Counted from the stretch's first letter, positions 19,724-30,609 are shown. The stretch: 64,000 nt of DNA from an uncultured delta proteobacterium (GCA_963804955.1 CAWDSQ010000005.1:192001-256000); one strand, 5' to 3'. Notes: generated from the sequence alone by a model not told the origin. Made by a program: numbers and translations.

Positions 19724-20509
19724 ATGACAGGAGTAAAAGCTTTTTTTACCGTACTGCTCATAATGCCGTTAGGGCATGCACTGACGGTTCTTGCCTTAAA
19801 AGCACCCCCACAGGGGCAAATTTTTATTGCATGTGCCGGCATACTTGCAGCAACCATCCTTATTTATCTGACAAAATATATTGCATCTCCTGCCTGGGAA
19901 ACTTTTGCCGGTATGGTTAGCGGCGTTATTTTATGGGCGAGTCTGGTGGAGATCGGGGTAAAATTAGGGGCGCAAGCAATTTTTGTTGAAGAAAAAAAAG
20001 TGGTTGAATTGTCTCTGGCAATCATTATACCACTGCTGCTGTACCTGGCTTTTAACGAACAGATACGGTGCAATTTTTTCATTTCCTTGAGGAAGGCTTT
20101 GCATCTTACCCGGGGGGAACTGCCGGAGATAGCAATAGATAATTGGGGGCCTCGAGCAGCTTTTAAAATGTTTGCCATTATCTGGATAGGGCATGTGGCG
20201 CTTTTTTTTGCCTATGACAATGATTTTTTCGGGCCGCAGGGGCTGTTTTGCAAACTGTTTTTTCTGTTCTGCCTTGTGTCCGGGATATACCTTTTTTACA
20301 GATTAACCAGGGCGCAGGAGATGGGTTTTGCTTTTCGCTATGCAATGCCCACCGTGATTGTTCTATGGAGCTGCATTGAAACTCTGGTAAAATGGAAAAT
20401 CTTTTCTGAGCCATGGATAACTTTAAACCCCGTTTTTTTGACACTGGTGGTCCTGACATTTGCAGGGGTTCTTGTTGTTATAAAATACACGGCATCAGAA
20501 AAGAAATAG
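19724..20509 (+). CDS. Hypothetical polytopic membrane protein
   Basis: About 8 hydrophobic segments; AGGAGG RBS. Confidence 0.8.
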   Translation: MTGVKAFFTVLLIMPLGHALTVLALKAPPQGQIFIACAGILAATILIYLTKYIASPAWETFAGMVSGVILWASLVEIGVKLGAQAIFVEEKKVVELSLAIIIPLLLYLAFNEQIRCNFFISLRKALHLTRGELPEIAIDNWGPRAAFKMFAIIWIGHVALFFAYDNDFFGPQGLFCKLFFLFCLVSGIYLFYRLTRAQEMGFAFRYAMPTVIVLWSCIETLVKWKIFSEPWITLNPVFLTLVVLTFAGVLVVIKYTASEKK

Positions 20510-20580
20510 GGCTGCTCTCCCGGACTGTATCGGGGGAATATTTGGGGCAACCAGGTACATGCCTGAAATAGTAACGTACG

Positions 20581-20618
20581 AAAGCGGTTGCGGCAATGTG
20601 CTGCAACCGCTTTTTTTT
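20581..20618. terminator. Bidirectional terminator
   Basis: AAAGCGGTTGC...GCAACCGCTTTTTTT between convergent genes. Confidence 0.75.
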
Positions 20619-20643
20619 CAAATGAAAAGGGGGTTGTGGTTTT

Positions 20644-20991
20644 CTAGTACTTCACCCCGAGAACATCGAAGACTTTCAAAATTTCCGGCAGGTGTGCGAA
20701 TGCCGGGCCGCCGGCCATGAGCACGGCAACGCCTGCTGCCTCAAGAATCTCTTTGGGCATGGCGCCCTCCTGCACGGCAGCCTGCGTGTGCTGATACATG
20801 CAGGGCTTGCAGTGGCTGGCAACGGCAATCCCCAGAGCGATCAGCTCCTTCTGCTTTTTGTCAAGAGCGCCGGGCTCCATGACTTTTTCGTGCAAAGCAT
20901 AAAATCCCCGGTAGGTTTCGGGAATATGTTTTGACATTTTCTGTTTGGTTTTTGCAACATCCCTGAAAAAATCCTGCACATCATTTGTCAT
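20644..20991 (-). CDS. Carboxymuconolactone decarboxylase / AhpD family protein
   Basis: LDKKQKELIALGIAVASHCKPCMYQH motif. Confidence 0.9.
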   Translation of the reverse strand: MTNDVQDFFRDVAKTKQKMSKHIPETYRGFYALHEKVMEPGALDKKQKELIALGIAVASHCKPCMYQHTQAAVQEGAMPKEILEAAGVAVLMAGGPAFAHLPEILKVFDVLGVKY

Positions 20992-21598
20992 CGTCTGTAT
21001 TTCCTTTCCCTGCAAGAGGATTTTCCTTTATAAGGCGCATCCAGTACGAGGAGTACAGCGCTCCTGCCGGGTTATTGACAAGCACGCGGTCCTTGACGAT
21101 CACCGTACTGACAGGCGCTGCCGAATGTTTATTAAAAAGCATGTCATGGCCCAGGCACAGGCCCACTAGAAGATTTAGCTCTGTACCGGCACGGTTTAAA
21201 ATATCAGCCTGCCCCACGGGGTTGCATATGACCTCGGCAGCATTTTCCCGCACTTTGGGCAGGTTGAAATCATCCTTTGCTATGCCGCAGAGCTTGCAGC
21301 AGGCAGAGGTTATCTCGAAGTGGGGGGCAAGCAGCTCCTCCAGCAGCCGCGCCTCGCGGTGCAGCCCTGCGCAAAAGGCCATGCCCAGATGCCGGTAGCC
21401 CATCTTTTTTCCAAAGACTATCACCTCCTGCACGCGCGGCAGCATCATATAGCCCTCGGCCTCCAGCGCTGCCGCGGCTCCCATGATCGCAAGCGCCTGC
21501 GGATCATTTTTGTACAGGTCTGCAATCCCGCCCTTGTCGCCGGTGCAGTCCTTGCCTTTGGTATAGCAATCAAGCGTTTTACAGCGTGCGCAATCCAT
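20981..21598 (-). CDS. DUF1847 family Cys-rich protein
   Basis: PRVQE, AFCAGL, CNPVGQA, GLCLGHD and VKDRVL motifs. Confidence 0.88.
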   Translation of the reverse strand: MDCARCKTLDCYTKGKDCTGDKGGIADLYKNDPQALAIMGAAAALEAEGYMMLPRVQEVIVFGKKMGYRHLGMAFCAGLHREARLLEELLAPHFEITSACCKLCGIAKDDFNLPKVRENAAEVICNPVGQADILNRAGTELNLLVGLCLGHDMLFNKHSAAPVSTVIVKDRVLVNNPAGALYSSYWMRLIKENPLAGKGNTDDDK

Positions 21599-21652
21599 AG
21601 TTCTCCTTATCGCAGCTTAATTTATTCTCGGAGCTTAAAGTACAGTTGGCAG

Positions 21653-21724
21653 GTCATTCTGAGCGCAGCGAAAAATCTCGCGGTTTATTGAACTCAGAGA
21701 TCCTTCGCTGCGCTCAGGATGACA
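21653..21724. repeat. REP-like palindrome
   Basis: GTCATTCTGAGCGCAGCGAA..ATCTC / GAGATCCTTCGCTGCGCTCAGGATGAC. Confidence 0.8.
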
Positions 21725-21771
21725 TTTGAAAGCTTTTCGTACAGGCTCTTCGGCCTTGAGTTCAAGTTGCA

Positions 21772-23094
21772 TTATGCATGTTCATCCGGTTTGATTTTTA
21801 CCGCAACCCCTGTTTTTTGCTTTTCCTTCCAGGCTTCATCTGTTGTTTGCTGCTGTATGGCGGCAATCTTTTGAACAAGTGCCGGGTTTTTGCTCTGAAT
21901 CTCAGGCAGCAGCTTCTGAAAAAAAGCGCCCAGAAGCTGCTGGGCTTTTCTGGGCTCCATGGAAGCGATGATTTCACCGGGCATATACGAAAAAAATTCG
22001 TCAAGTTCATCAGCGGTCAGGAGTTCGAACATATTGGCGCCGCCGGGCACTTTTATATAATTGACGAAATTCTCTGTCCACCAGCTGCGGTAGGGCAGAT
22101 ACACCTCATCGCCCCGGAGCCTGTTGTGCAGGGCGGTATGGATGCACGCTGCCGCCTTTGCGCCGGTAAGGGCGGCATGAGTATTGCTGGTCTGGCCGAA
22201 CCATGCGCCATCGCCTGCAATAAACACATTGTCCCGGCAGGGGTTTTTAAGCGGCTCCAAAAGAGTAAGAATGCAGGCAGACCGCCGGAGCACTGTAACA
22301 GTATTGAAATACCGTGAAAGGGCTGAGCTGTTTTGCACCTGTTCAAATCGTTTCTGATACGCGGGCTTGCGGGCAAAGCCGCTGATTATCACGCTCCACT
22401 CCCCCGGTTCAACACTCGGGCATATGCAGAAGACCGAAGGGTCATCGCTTCCCTCCAGCAGATGGATATGGGCGGCCTCTTCCGGCTCAAATCCCGTGAT
22501 ATGCCAGCAGGCCGCGGTTAGCGTGCCGTAAAATTTCCGTTCACGGTTAAAGCCGGCAAAGCGTGCGCACAGAGAATTGTGACCGTCGGCGGCTATAAGA
22601 AACCGTGCCCGGAAGCTGTCTTTGCTGGTATGAACAGTCACACCCTCCGGCGAGGTATCAACGCCGGTAACATTCCGGTCCGGAAAGAAAGAAACGCCCG
22701 CTGCACGTGCGCGGTCCAGGTTTTCCTCAAGGTAGCGGCCCTTGTCAAAGACAAGATGCACCGGAAGATTGTTTTCCCTGACCAGCTTCATGCGGTTGCC
22801 GCTGCGTGAAATATTTATGAAGCTGGGAACGTCGCGGGTTTTTCCGGAGTAGGAAAGGGAAAAATTATTATGTTTAAAGTCGATGGCGCCTTTTTCCTTA
22901 TTAATGGTGATGCTGTCTCCAAAGTAAAACTCATCATACAGAAGCCCTTCCGAGCAGGCACGGGTAAGAGGGGCAAGCCTGCTGCGGCGCTCAATCAGGG
23001 CTGTTTTCAGCCCGAGAGATGAAGCCTTCAAAGCCGCGCCAAGCCCTGCCGGGCCTGCGCCGGCAATAATGAGATCATAGTTTTTCATGCGCAT
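21772..23094 (-). CDS. FAD-dependent oxidoreductase, geranylgeranyl-reductase-like
   Basis: GAGPAG, IAADG and AGDGA motifs. Confidence 0.85.
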   Translation of the reverse strand: MRMKNYDLIIAGAGPAGLGAALKASSLGLKTALIERRSRLAPLTRACSEGLLYDEFYFGDSITINKEKGAIDFKHNNFSLSYSGKTRDVPSFINISRSGNRMKLVRENNLPVHLVFDKGRYLEENLDRARAAGVSFFPDRNVTGVDTSPEGVTVHTSKDSFRARFLIAADGHNSLCARFAGFNRERKFYGTLTAACWHITGFEPEEAAHIHLLEGSDDPSVFCICPSVEPGEWSVIISGFARKPAYQKRFEQVQNSSALSRYFNTVTVLRRSACILTLLEPLKNPCRDNVFIAGDGAWFGQTSNTHAALTGAKAAACIHTALHNRLRGDEVYLPYRSWWTENFVNYIKVPGGANMFELLTADELDEFFSYMPGEIIASMEPRKAQQLLGAFFQKLLPEIQSKNPALVQKIAAIQQQTTDEAWKEKQKTGVAVKIKPDEHA

Positions 23095-23127
23095 ATCCCT
23101 TTCATACTAGAGGGCCGTCAACCGGCA

Positions 23128-23431
23128 TTATTTCTTTGTATACCGCTCATAGGAGAGTTTGGTCGGAGGCAGAGGCATTTTGTGCAGCTTCTTTAAATGA
23201 AAATGACTGTTGAGCGCTATGATTCTGGCAGCCACTAGTATCGTTACCGTAACAAACATGAGCAGTATCGGATTATTTTGAAACAGCTGCAACCTGAAAA
23301 TAAAAAAATAAACTGCCGCGCCCAGTATGCTGGCAGTAGCGTAAAATCCGGATTTCAGTACCTCGGACACCTCTGAGACCAGAAGGCCCGGGATAGGGGG
23401 AATGAATTATGCCTATCGGCGTCAGCTGCAT
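23128..23431 (-). pseudogene. Deletion chimera: TsaA/TrmO-like N-terminus plus UPF0126 (TRIC-like) C-terminus
   Basis: MQLTPIGIIHSPY is followed within ~25 nt by EVLKSGFYATASILGAAVYF... in another frame. Confidence 0.55.
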
Positions 23432-23433
23432 GT

Positions 23434-24054
23434 TCAGGCCGCGGCCTTTTTCCATATGTTTTTTTGCGCACCTTCGGTGGGGTGAATCCACAGGTACGTG
23501 ATTTCCCCGGGCTCGATTTTTATCAGGTTAAAGCGTTTCAGGGCCTTGATGATTCCCTCATCAAAACTGTCGGCCGCCTGCCCCGGGGCAGCAAGCCTTT
23601 CGGTCATGATTTTCGCCGCCGCAGCATAGACGCCCATGATTTTGAGCCGCTCGATAAATTCCTGTTCATGTCCGGCATAGGGTATGAGACTGGCCGTGCC
23701 GCTTATCTGCAGGCTGCGGTTAAGCACGCTGTGGTCAACGGGATGGTATATGCCGACGGCCACCTTCGGGTTTGAGCGGATATTGCGGATTTTGAGGCCC
23801 GGCTCGCCGGCCAGCCAGAGGGTCAGGCCGTCGACGAAAAAGTCGATGGGTGTAGCGCGCGGCATGCCGTCATGCACGGTGCACAGCACGCAGGCAAGGC
23901 CGTGCTTGAGCGGGCAGCCCGGCTTGTCGGTGGCGCCGGGCTTCGAGCTTGCATCATCAAGAAACGCGCGTATTTCCTTTTCCAGCTCCTGGCGGGTCAT
24001 GGTGTTTTTGTGGATATGGTCCGCCAGGGTTGATTTTTTCTGGGCATCGCTCAT
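23434..24054 (-). CDS. Pyridoxamine-5'-phosphate-oxidase-like FMN-binding protein
   Basis: LCTVHDGMPRATP...KIRNIRSNPKVAV motif. Confidence 0.8.
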   Translation of the reverse strand: MSDAQKKSTLADHIHKNTMTRQELEKEIRAFLDDASSKPGATDKPGCPLKHGLACVLCTVHDGMPRATPIDFFVDGLTLWLAGEPGLKIRNIRSNPKVAVGIYHPVDHSVLNRSLQISGTASLIPYAGHEQEFIERLKIMGVYAAAAKIMTERLAAPGQAADSFDEGIIKALKRFNLIKIEPGEITYLWIHPTEGAQKNIWKKAAA

Positions 24055-24241
24055 GATGAAATCTCCTTACAAGGTACTGCTGATTAGGGTCTCACCGGTC
24101 TTCATATTTAAAATTATGAGCAGGGGGCCCGGTGGGTCGGGCAGGCCCGAGGCTGCCGCAAGCACCGCGAGTATCTTTTTTTTAACGAAAGCCCTTGAAG
24201 CCTTTCGGTTCCGCCCACGCCGCACTCCTATTTGAATGCTG

Positions 24242-25159
24242 CTAGCTGAATATTTTCTGAAAGAATGATTTTTCAGGCCCCTTTGAAAGGAGAGCTTCCC
24301 AGGCGTCGGCAATGCCCGCAAACGCCGCCGTTGCAGGTGATGCGGGATGATTTGTTACAAAGGGCTTTCCCTCATCGCCGCACACAACCATGGCCGGATC
24401 AAGGGGCACGCGGCCCAGAAAGGGTACCTTCATTGTTTTGGCGATGTTTTCTCCTCCCCCGACCTTGAACAGATCAATCTCTTTGCCGCAATGCGGGCAC
24501 AGCATGCCGCTCATGTTCTCCACGACCCCGATCAGGGGGATTTTGAGCTCCTTGCAAAAAGAGATGCTTTTTTTCGAGTCAAGCAGGGCCACATCCTGAG
24601 GCGTGGTGACGATCACCGCGCCGTCGATAGTCCCTATGGTATGCGCGATGCTCAGAGCCTCATCCCCCGTGCCCGGCGGCAGATCGATAATCAGATAATC
24701 AAGTGCGCCCCAGCGCACATCGCCAAGAAACTGTTTGATCACTCCATGCTTCATGGGGCCGCGCCATACAACGGCATGCTCTTCACTTTTGAGAAAGAAC
24801 CCGACTGACATGACATGCAGATTATCCGCAGCGCAGACAGGCAGCATGCCCGCTCCGGGTGATGCTTCGGGCCGATCCTGATCAAGGCCGAACATTTTAG
24901 GGATATTGGGCCCATGCATGTCGGCATCAAGAATGCCGACCTTTTTGCCCCGGCCGGCGAGAGTTGCCGCGAGATTCACCGCGACCGAGCTCTTGCCCAC
25001 TCCGCCCTTGCCGGAGAGGACCATGAATTTTTTTCCGATAGCGCCCATTGCACGGGCAATGCGCTCCTGCTCCTGCCGCTGTTTCTCTTCCTGCGAGCAG
25101 GCTGATGCGCTGCCGCAGCTCTGGCAGCTTGAGCCGCCGTCGCATGTACTGTCTGACAT
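24242..25159 (-). CDS. mrp: Mrp/ApbC/NBP35 Fe-S carrier ATPase
   Basis: SGKGGVGKS, DADMHGPN, DLPPGTGD and ENMSGMLCPHC motifs. Confidence 0.95.
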   Translation of the reverse strand: MSDSTCDGGSSCQSCGSASACSQEEKQRQEQERIARAMGAIGKKFMVLSGKGGVGKSSVAVNLAATLAGRGKKVGILDADMHGPNIPKMFGLDQDRPEASPGAGMLPVCAADNLHVMSVGFFLKSEEHAVVWRGPMKHGVIKQFLGDVRWGALDYLIIDLPPGTGDEALSIAHTIGTIDGAVIVTTPQDVALLDSKKSISFCKELKIPLIGVVENMSGMLCPHCGKEIDLFKVGGGENIAKTMKVPFLGRVPLDPAMVVCGDEGKPFVTNHPASPATAAFAGIADAWEALLSKGPEKSFFQKIFS

Positions 25160-25275
25160 ATACATTTTCTCCGTCAACAAATTTTTGAGCGTATCTTCTT
25201 AGCAAAGGTCCTTTCCGCCGCGGCGGATGAGGTATCTTTGGTTTTAGCCGTCTGTGCAAACAATTATTTGCTCTA

Positions 25276-25707
25276 TCACTGCAGCCGGTGCTGCATGCGG
25301 CCCCTGCCCAAACCGCGGCCCTCGCCGCCGCCTTCGCGGACCTCGGGCTGCACGGCAAAAGCAAACAGCGCGAACAAAAGGCACACTAGCATAAAAACAG
25401 CCGCAAGCACTTTTGCGGATAGCCGCCCCGAAATCATGGCGCGGGCCGTGCCGGCTATCCAGCTGATGTGCAGAATTATATGGGCTGCCAGCAGGCCTGC
25501 CAGGCAGAGGCCGAGCCACAGATGCAGCGTACCCCATTCGTGCCGGTCAAGGCCAAGAAAAAAAAGATCGACATTGCGGCCATACACGACAAACCGCTCT
25601 TTGCCCGGTATGAGCACGAATTTCATGAGAAAACCGATTCCCGCCAGCGCGGCTCCGCACAGGAGCATGGCGGCATCAATAATGAAATATACCCGTGATT
25701 TGCTCAT
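25276..25707 (-). CDS. DUF4405 (cytochrome b-like) membrane protein
   Basis: LDRHEWGTLHLW...AHIILH motif. Confidence 0.8.
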   Translation of the reverse strand: MSKSRVYFIIDAAMLLCGAALAGIGFLMKFVLIPGKERFVVYGRNVDLFFLGLDRHEWGTLHLWLGLCLAGLLAAHIILHISWIAGTARAMISGRLSAKVLAAVFMLVCLLFALFAFAVQPEVREGGGEGRGLGRGRMQHRLQ

Positions 25708-25811
25708 AACCCCCTCCTTCCAAGGTTGCAAAAACGGAAGCGCAGGGGCTCAAAATTTGAGCCCCTAAGCCAATTTGAGCCCTTACAGCCAAATTCAGCC
25801 CACAGCCAATT

Positions 25812-26177
25812 TCAGTGGCAGCTGTGGGACGCGCAGGCATTGTTCACAGTCAGCTCTTCCAGATCCTCTGCGTTGAAGGTTCCGATAATAGTATCCACCG
25901 TGCCGGGCACGGCCCTGAACACCTTGATGCCCTGAGCATTGAGCATCATGACAGCCCGTGCGCCCATGCCGCCGGTCACCACAACATCCACAGATCTTCC
26001 CTGCAGCGCGGCCACAGGATTGCAGGTGCCGTGCTCATGATGGCTGTTGGCGTTATCGATAATTTCAAGGGCCAGGGAATCGGTGTCGTAAATGGTAAAA
26101 TACGGCGCGCTGCCGAAGTGGCCGTACACCTGGGCTGTTTTTCCTTCTCCTGTTTCCGTGGGAATGCAAATTTTCAT
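25812..26177 (-). CDS. NifB/NifX family cofactor-binding protein
   Basis: HFGSAPYF and GGMGARA motifs. Confidence 0.9.
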   Translation of the reverse strand: MKICIPTETGEGKTAQVYGHFGSAPYFTIYDTDSLALEIIDNANSHHEHGTCNPVAALQGRSVDVVVTGGMGARAVMMLNAQGIKVFRAVPGTVDTIIGTFNAEDLEELTVNNACASHSCH

Positions 26178-26205
26178 TCTGGTATCCTCTCCTGCTGTTT
26201 TTTTG

Positions 26206-26505
26206 TTATGCGGTTTGTTTACCGGGGGCGCTCCCCGAAATTTTCAAAGCCTTGCCGTTGACAAGGGCATCGGCAACTTTACTGCGGGCTTTATGTACAA
26301 TAGTGGCAAAAGTCTGACGCGAAATTTTCATGCGCCGTGCGGCATCTGCCTGATACAGGCCCTCAAGGTCGGCAAGCCGCAGGGCTTCAAATTCATCAAG
26401 GCTGAGCTCTGTTTCCTCAAGCTCGCACAGGGGCACCGCCCGAGGTTTGAAATAGATGGCCCCCGGCTCACCTTCAATATGTCTGCACTTACAGGGCCTG
26501 GGCAT
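26206..26505 (-). CDS. DUF134 family DNA-binding protein
   Basis: MPRPCKCR...DEFEALRLADLEGLYQADAARRMKISRQTF motif. Confidence 0.92.
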   Translation of the reverse strand: MPRPCKCRHIEGEPGAIYFKPRAVPLCELEETELSLDEFEALRLADLEGLYQADAARRMKISRQTFATIVHKARSKVADALVNGKALKISGSAPGKQTA

Positions 26506-26696
26506 GAAATTGTCTCCTTGGAATTATTAGCATATGCTACAAACATACGACGTGTTGCGCCTTATGTCAAGGACTGCAGCAAAAATTTGTGTTATACTGT
26601 TTGTCTTGACAGGTATAATTTTTTATGAGATATTTAAAAGTATAAAGATCTAAAGCAATACAGTTTAATTTAAAATCCAGTAAGACCGACGAATAG

Positions 26697-26737
26697 AAAG
26701 CCCATGGGATTTAGATTAATCTCACGGGCTTTTTTTT
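26697..26737 (+). terminator. Hairpin plus U-tract in the leader of the RRM gene
   Basis: AAAGCCCATGGGATT...AATCTCACGGGCTTTTTTTT. Confidence 0.55.
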
Positions 26738-26800
26738 GACCGGAAACTTTAGATGAATAGTTTGCAGGCAAACGCAGTTAACCTACAGGGAGCTCGTAGT

Positions 26801-27100
26801 ATGAATAATAAAATATATGTCGGCAACCTGACGGAACTCATAACTTCTGAGGATCTTAAGGATAACTTCAATGACCTTGGCAAATGTATTTCAGCAAAAG
26901 TCATCAAAGACAGGCTGACGGGAAAATCAAAAGGATTTGCCTTTGTCGAAATGGCCACGGAGCAGGATGCGCAGGAAGTTGTGCGGAAATGCAAGGGCGT
27001 CGAGCTTGACGGAAATAAGCTGACCGTGAGTCTTGCGCGGCCCAAGACCGAGTCGAAAAACGCTGCCGGACCGGGTTTTAAGAAGCGCCGCGCTTTATAA
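26801..27100 (+). CDS. RRM RNA-binding protein
   Basis: KIYVGNL (RNP2) and KGFAFVEM (RNP1). Confidence 0.93.
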   Translation: MNNKIYVGNLTELITSEDLKDNFNDLGKCISAKVIKDRLTGKSKGFAFVEMATEQDAQEVVRKCKGVELDGNKLTVSLARPKTESKNAAGPGFKKRRAL

Positions 27101-27296
27101 TTTATATACATGGAGATGAAATATGTGTAAAATGCACTGAGAATCACCTGTCGTGACTTCTCGTGCTTTTTCGGGCAAGCCGGACTGGTTTTTGGAGTCC
27201 TTTGTAATCGGCCATAGTGTGGATGCAACAGGAATAAAACAAGATTACCAAAATCCACTCTCGCAAGTACTATTAATAAGAAAGGAGGAAAAAAGT

Positions 27297-27497
27297 ATGG
27301 CTGAAGGTAAAGTAAAATGGTTCAATGAGAAAAAAGGTTTCGGTTTTATTGAGTCTGCTGAACATGGGGACGTGTTTGTGCATTATTCTGCAATTGCACA
27401 ATCAGGTTTCCGTTCACTGGCCGAAGGCGATAATGTTACCTTTGATGTTGAAAAGGGCAACAAGGGTCTTCAGGCGGTTAATGTCAGAACAAAGTAA
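27297..27497 (+). CDS. csp: Cold-shock protein
   Basis: [15 protein letters not shown]...DVFVHYSAI motif; AGGAGG RBS. Confidence 0.97.
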   Translation: MAEGKVKWFNEKKGFGFIESAEHGDVFVHYSAIAQSGFRSLAEGDNVTFDVEKGNKGLQAVNVRTK

Positions 27498-27555
27498 GTA
27501 CGCCAACCTGAGCAGGTGCTCCCCGTAACCGGGGGGGCCTGCTTCCAGATCCTGA

Positions 27556-27600
27556 AAGCGGATGAATGTAGGCACCTTTCTACCTTCATCCGCTTTTTTT
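27556..27600 (+). terminator. Intrinsic terminator after csp
   Basis: AAAGCGGATGAA...TTCATCCGCTTTTTT. Confidence 0.75.
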
Positions 27601-27765
27601 ATGCGCTCTGCCGCGTCCCGTGCAGCGGTGGAAATGTTTTTGTGCGCCCGGGATCCCGCTGTGTTCCGAGTCGTAACATTCTTTAATCTGCTGCACGCCG
27701 AAGCAGGCTCCTGTGCCTGTGAAAATAAGCATGCGTCATTGCCGCCCTGTGATATACTTATTTCC

Positions 27766-28663
27766 ATGAAACGGCTGTTTGTTCTGGTACTTATTATGTG
27801 CTGGCTGGCGCCGGCTCTCGCATTCGCCCCGCTGCGGACGCAGCACTTTGTTTTTTATGCCGGGGCCGAGGGGCAGAAGGCGGCAGCATATCTGGCTCAG
27901 AGCGCCGACGCAATCCTGCAGCAACATGGCGGCAAGCCTGGGCATGCAGGCAGGCGCTGTGATTGATGTGTATGTGGTGCAGGAGTTTGAGGAATTGTAT
28001 CGGGCGCGGCCCGATGCCGGCCGCCTGCCATCATGGGCAGCGGGTGCGGCATATCCTGAAAAAAATCTTATCGTGCTTCTGCTCAACCGCAGCGCCGACC
28101 TTGATAAAACCTTTCTGCATGAGACGCACCACATGCTGCTGGGGCAGGCTTTCAGGGGAAGCGAGCGGGTGCCGCGCTGGCTTGATGAAGGGCTTGCCAT
28201 GATCTGGGCCGATGAATGGAGCCTGTCGCGCCTGAACACCATGACCATGGCCGTTCTTTCCGGTAAACTTCTGCCCATGGATGAGCTTGCCGGGCATTTT
28301 CCCGCTGATCTGCGCAGCGCAGAAATCGCCTATTGCCAGAGCTTTTATTTTATTGCGTTTCTCAAAGGGGAATTCGGCAATGAAGCGTTCCGGCGGTTTT
28401 TTCTTGAATATATCAAGCATAAGGACTTTACGGGCGCGCTGCGCCTGGCCTACCGGATGGACTGGCCCGAGCTTGAAAAGCTCTGGCTGAAACACACCAC
28501 CCTGCGCTTCAGCTGGATACCGCTTATCACCAGCACGTCGACCCTGTGGTTCGCGGCAGCGCTTCTGTTCATAGCCGGCTATATTCGCAAGAAGCGCAAG
28601 GCGCGGCAGATTTTGCTTGCCTGGCAGCAGGAGGAGTCATGCTCGCCCGATACGCGGCATTAA
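27766..28663 (+). CDS. Peptidase MA-like metalloprotease (frameshifted near the 5' end)
   Basis: HETHH and PRWLDEGLA motifs; signal peptide in a different frame; C-terminal TM helix. Confidence 0.8.
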
Positions 28664-28706
28664 AAATTAAACACACGGGCGGGCAGGGCTGCGCGCTTCC
28701 TTAGCG

Positions 28707-30057
28707 TTACGTTCGTTCATCATAACAAAAGGTTTTGAGCGCATCGTAGAGCACCTTGATGCCGAAGGTCAGCTGCCTGATGCTGGTGCGCTCATTGTGG
28801 CCGTGAATGCGGTCGATGGCGTCAATGGAGGGCTCCATCTGGACGCCGTAGCAGGGAATGCCCAGCTGCCGGAAAAACCGGGAATCGGTTGCGCCCGGAG
28901 ACATATAGGGGAGCATGCACGCTTTGGGGTCAGTGCGGATAAAGCTTTGCTCCAGTACGCGGTAAAAATCGGTGTCGCAGGATGATTCTGATGAAAGAGA
29001 TCCCGACATTTCAATGGAGTAGTCGCCGCAGTCGTGAGCATCGAGAATGTGAGCAAGCGTTTTTTTAAACTCCTCAGGCGTTTCGCCGGGGAGAATCCGG
29101 CAGTCGACCTCGCAGGAGCACTCTCCGGGAATGACATTGGTTTTGCTGCCGCCGGCTATCAGCGTGGGCACGGCCGTATTTTTTACCAGCGCTGCAATAA
29201 TGCGCCGCAGCACAGGGTCTGCAATGCGCTCGAGCACGGCAGTGCACCGTGATGCATCAAGAAGCCCTGCACAGTCAGCCTCCGGCATGAATCTGCTGCA
29301 CTGCTGCAAAGCCGCGAAGAAATTTTTCAACAGGCGGAGTTATTTTTACCGGGAAACCGTGACCGGCCAGGGCCAGCACAGCCCGCGCCATAGTAACCAC
29401 GCAATTATCATCATGGGGCACGGAAGCATGGCCGGGCCTGCCCCTGAAGGTGATGCGCGTCCAGCAGGCAGCCTTTTCCGCAACCTGGCACAGGTAGATG
29501 GTGCTGGTGTCGCTTGAAAAGCCGAGCCCCACGCCTTCATTGATCACATAGCGCGTGCGCAGCTTCCCGGGATGATGCTGCAGGAGCCACTGCACGCCCC
29601 GGGCGCCGCCGATTTCCTCATCGGCAGTGGCGGCATATATGATTTTCTTTTCCGGCTCAAGCCCCTGCCGTTTCAATAGAGCCATGGCCATGAGCTCCAT
29701 GATCCCCAGCGACTTGCAGTCAACAGCTCCGCGGCCCCAGATCTCGCCGTCGAGAACGGCGCCGGAGAAGGGCGGATGCAGCCATTTGTCGGCCTCTGCA
29801 GGAACTACATCGATATGGTGCAGCAGCAGCACATCGGCTGCAGCTTCGGAGCCGGTAAAACGCGAAATGAGATTGCCTCGCCCGGGAGCTGATTCAATGA
29901 TCTCACAGGCAATATCCTCACGCTCAAGCGCTTTTTTGAGAAAAACAGCTCCGGCTGTTTCATTGCCGGGAGGATTGGTCGTATTGACTTGCAGATAGCG
30001 CACCAAAAGGTCGGACGCTTCTTTTTCTATGCTGTCCCAGTCGATTGAACCTGTCAT
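28707..30057 (-). CDS. M20/M25/M40 family metallopeptidase (frameshifted)
   Basis: HIDVVPA, GRGAVDCK, DEE, GATDSR and IHGHNER motifs. Confidence 0.88.
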
Positions 30058-30280
30058 ACCAACTCCATGATTGTACCCGGGCATATGCGGTATACGCCCA
30101 AGATAAAACATTATTGATCTTACCGATAGTAGTACAACTCCCCATAAACAAGGGGGTAAAATGCCGGACACGAACCTGAAGGAATCAGTCAATTGTAGGC
30201 CGGACAAAGCATAGCGTGTCCGGCTATCGAAAAGGCCTTGAGCTATAATTTGTCCAGCCGCGCTCCCCACAAACTATTTA

Positions 30281-30423
30281 ATCCCCCTTTGAAAAGGGGG
30301 AATACAGGGGGATTATGTGGCAGCCTACAAATCCCCCTAACCCCCTTTGCTAAAGAGGGAATTTTTTTGCCCCATCTTTCCTGCGGACCCCAGAAATTAG
30401 CTCCCCTTTGAACAAGGGGGGGA
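30281..30423. repeat. CCCCCTTTG..AAGGGGG palindromic repeat cluster (second cluster at 42508-42590)
   Basis: Both clusters share ACAAATCCCCCTAACCCCCTTTGCTAAAG.GGGAATTTTT. Confidence 0.85.
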
Positions 30424-30525
30424 TACAGAATGATTGCAGCGGACAAATAAGCCGGCATGATCCCTTTAACATAGGGGAATTTTTGACAGAAATTGTTTTG
30501 ATTACGGGAGATGTAATCGTTACGG

Positions 30526-30609
30526 GTCAATGCCCCGCAGCTTGCTGCGCATGATTTATACAACTAAAATATCTTTGATATCCCGTCCGCTTGCGGCATG
30601 GTAGTTCAT
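30526..30609. mobile_element. Putative IS200/IS605-type non-autonomous remnant (two end hairpins, no ORF)
   Basis: GTCAATGCCCCGCAGCTTGCTGCG ... CCGCTTGCGGCATGGTAGTTCA resembles IS200/IS605 ends; judged from memory. Confidence 0.45.
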
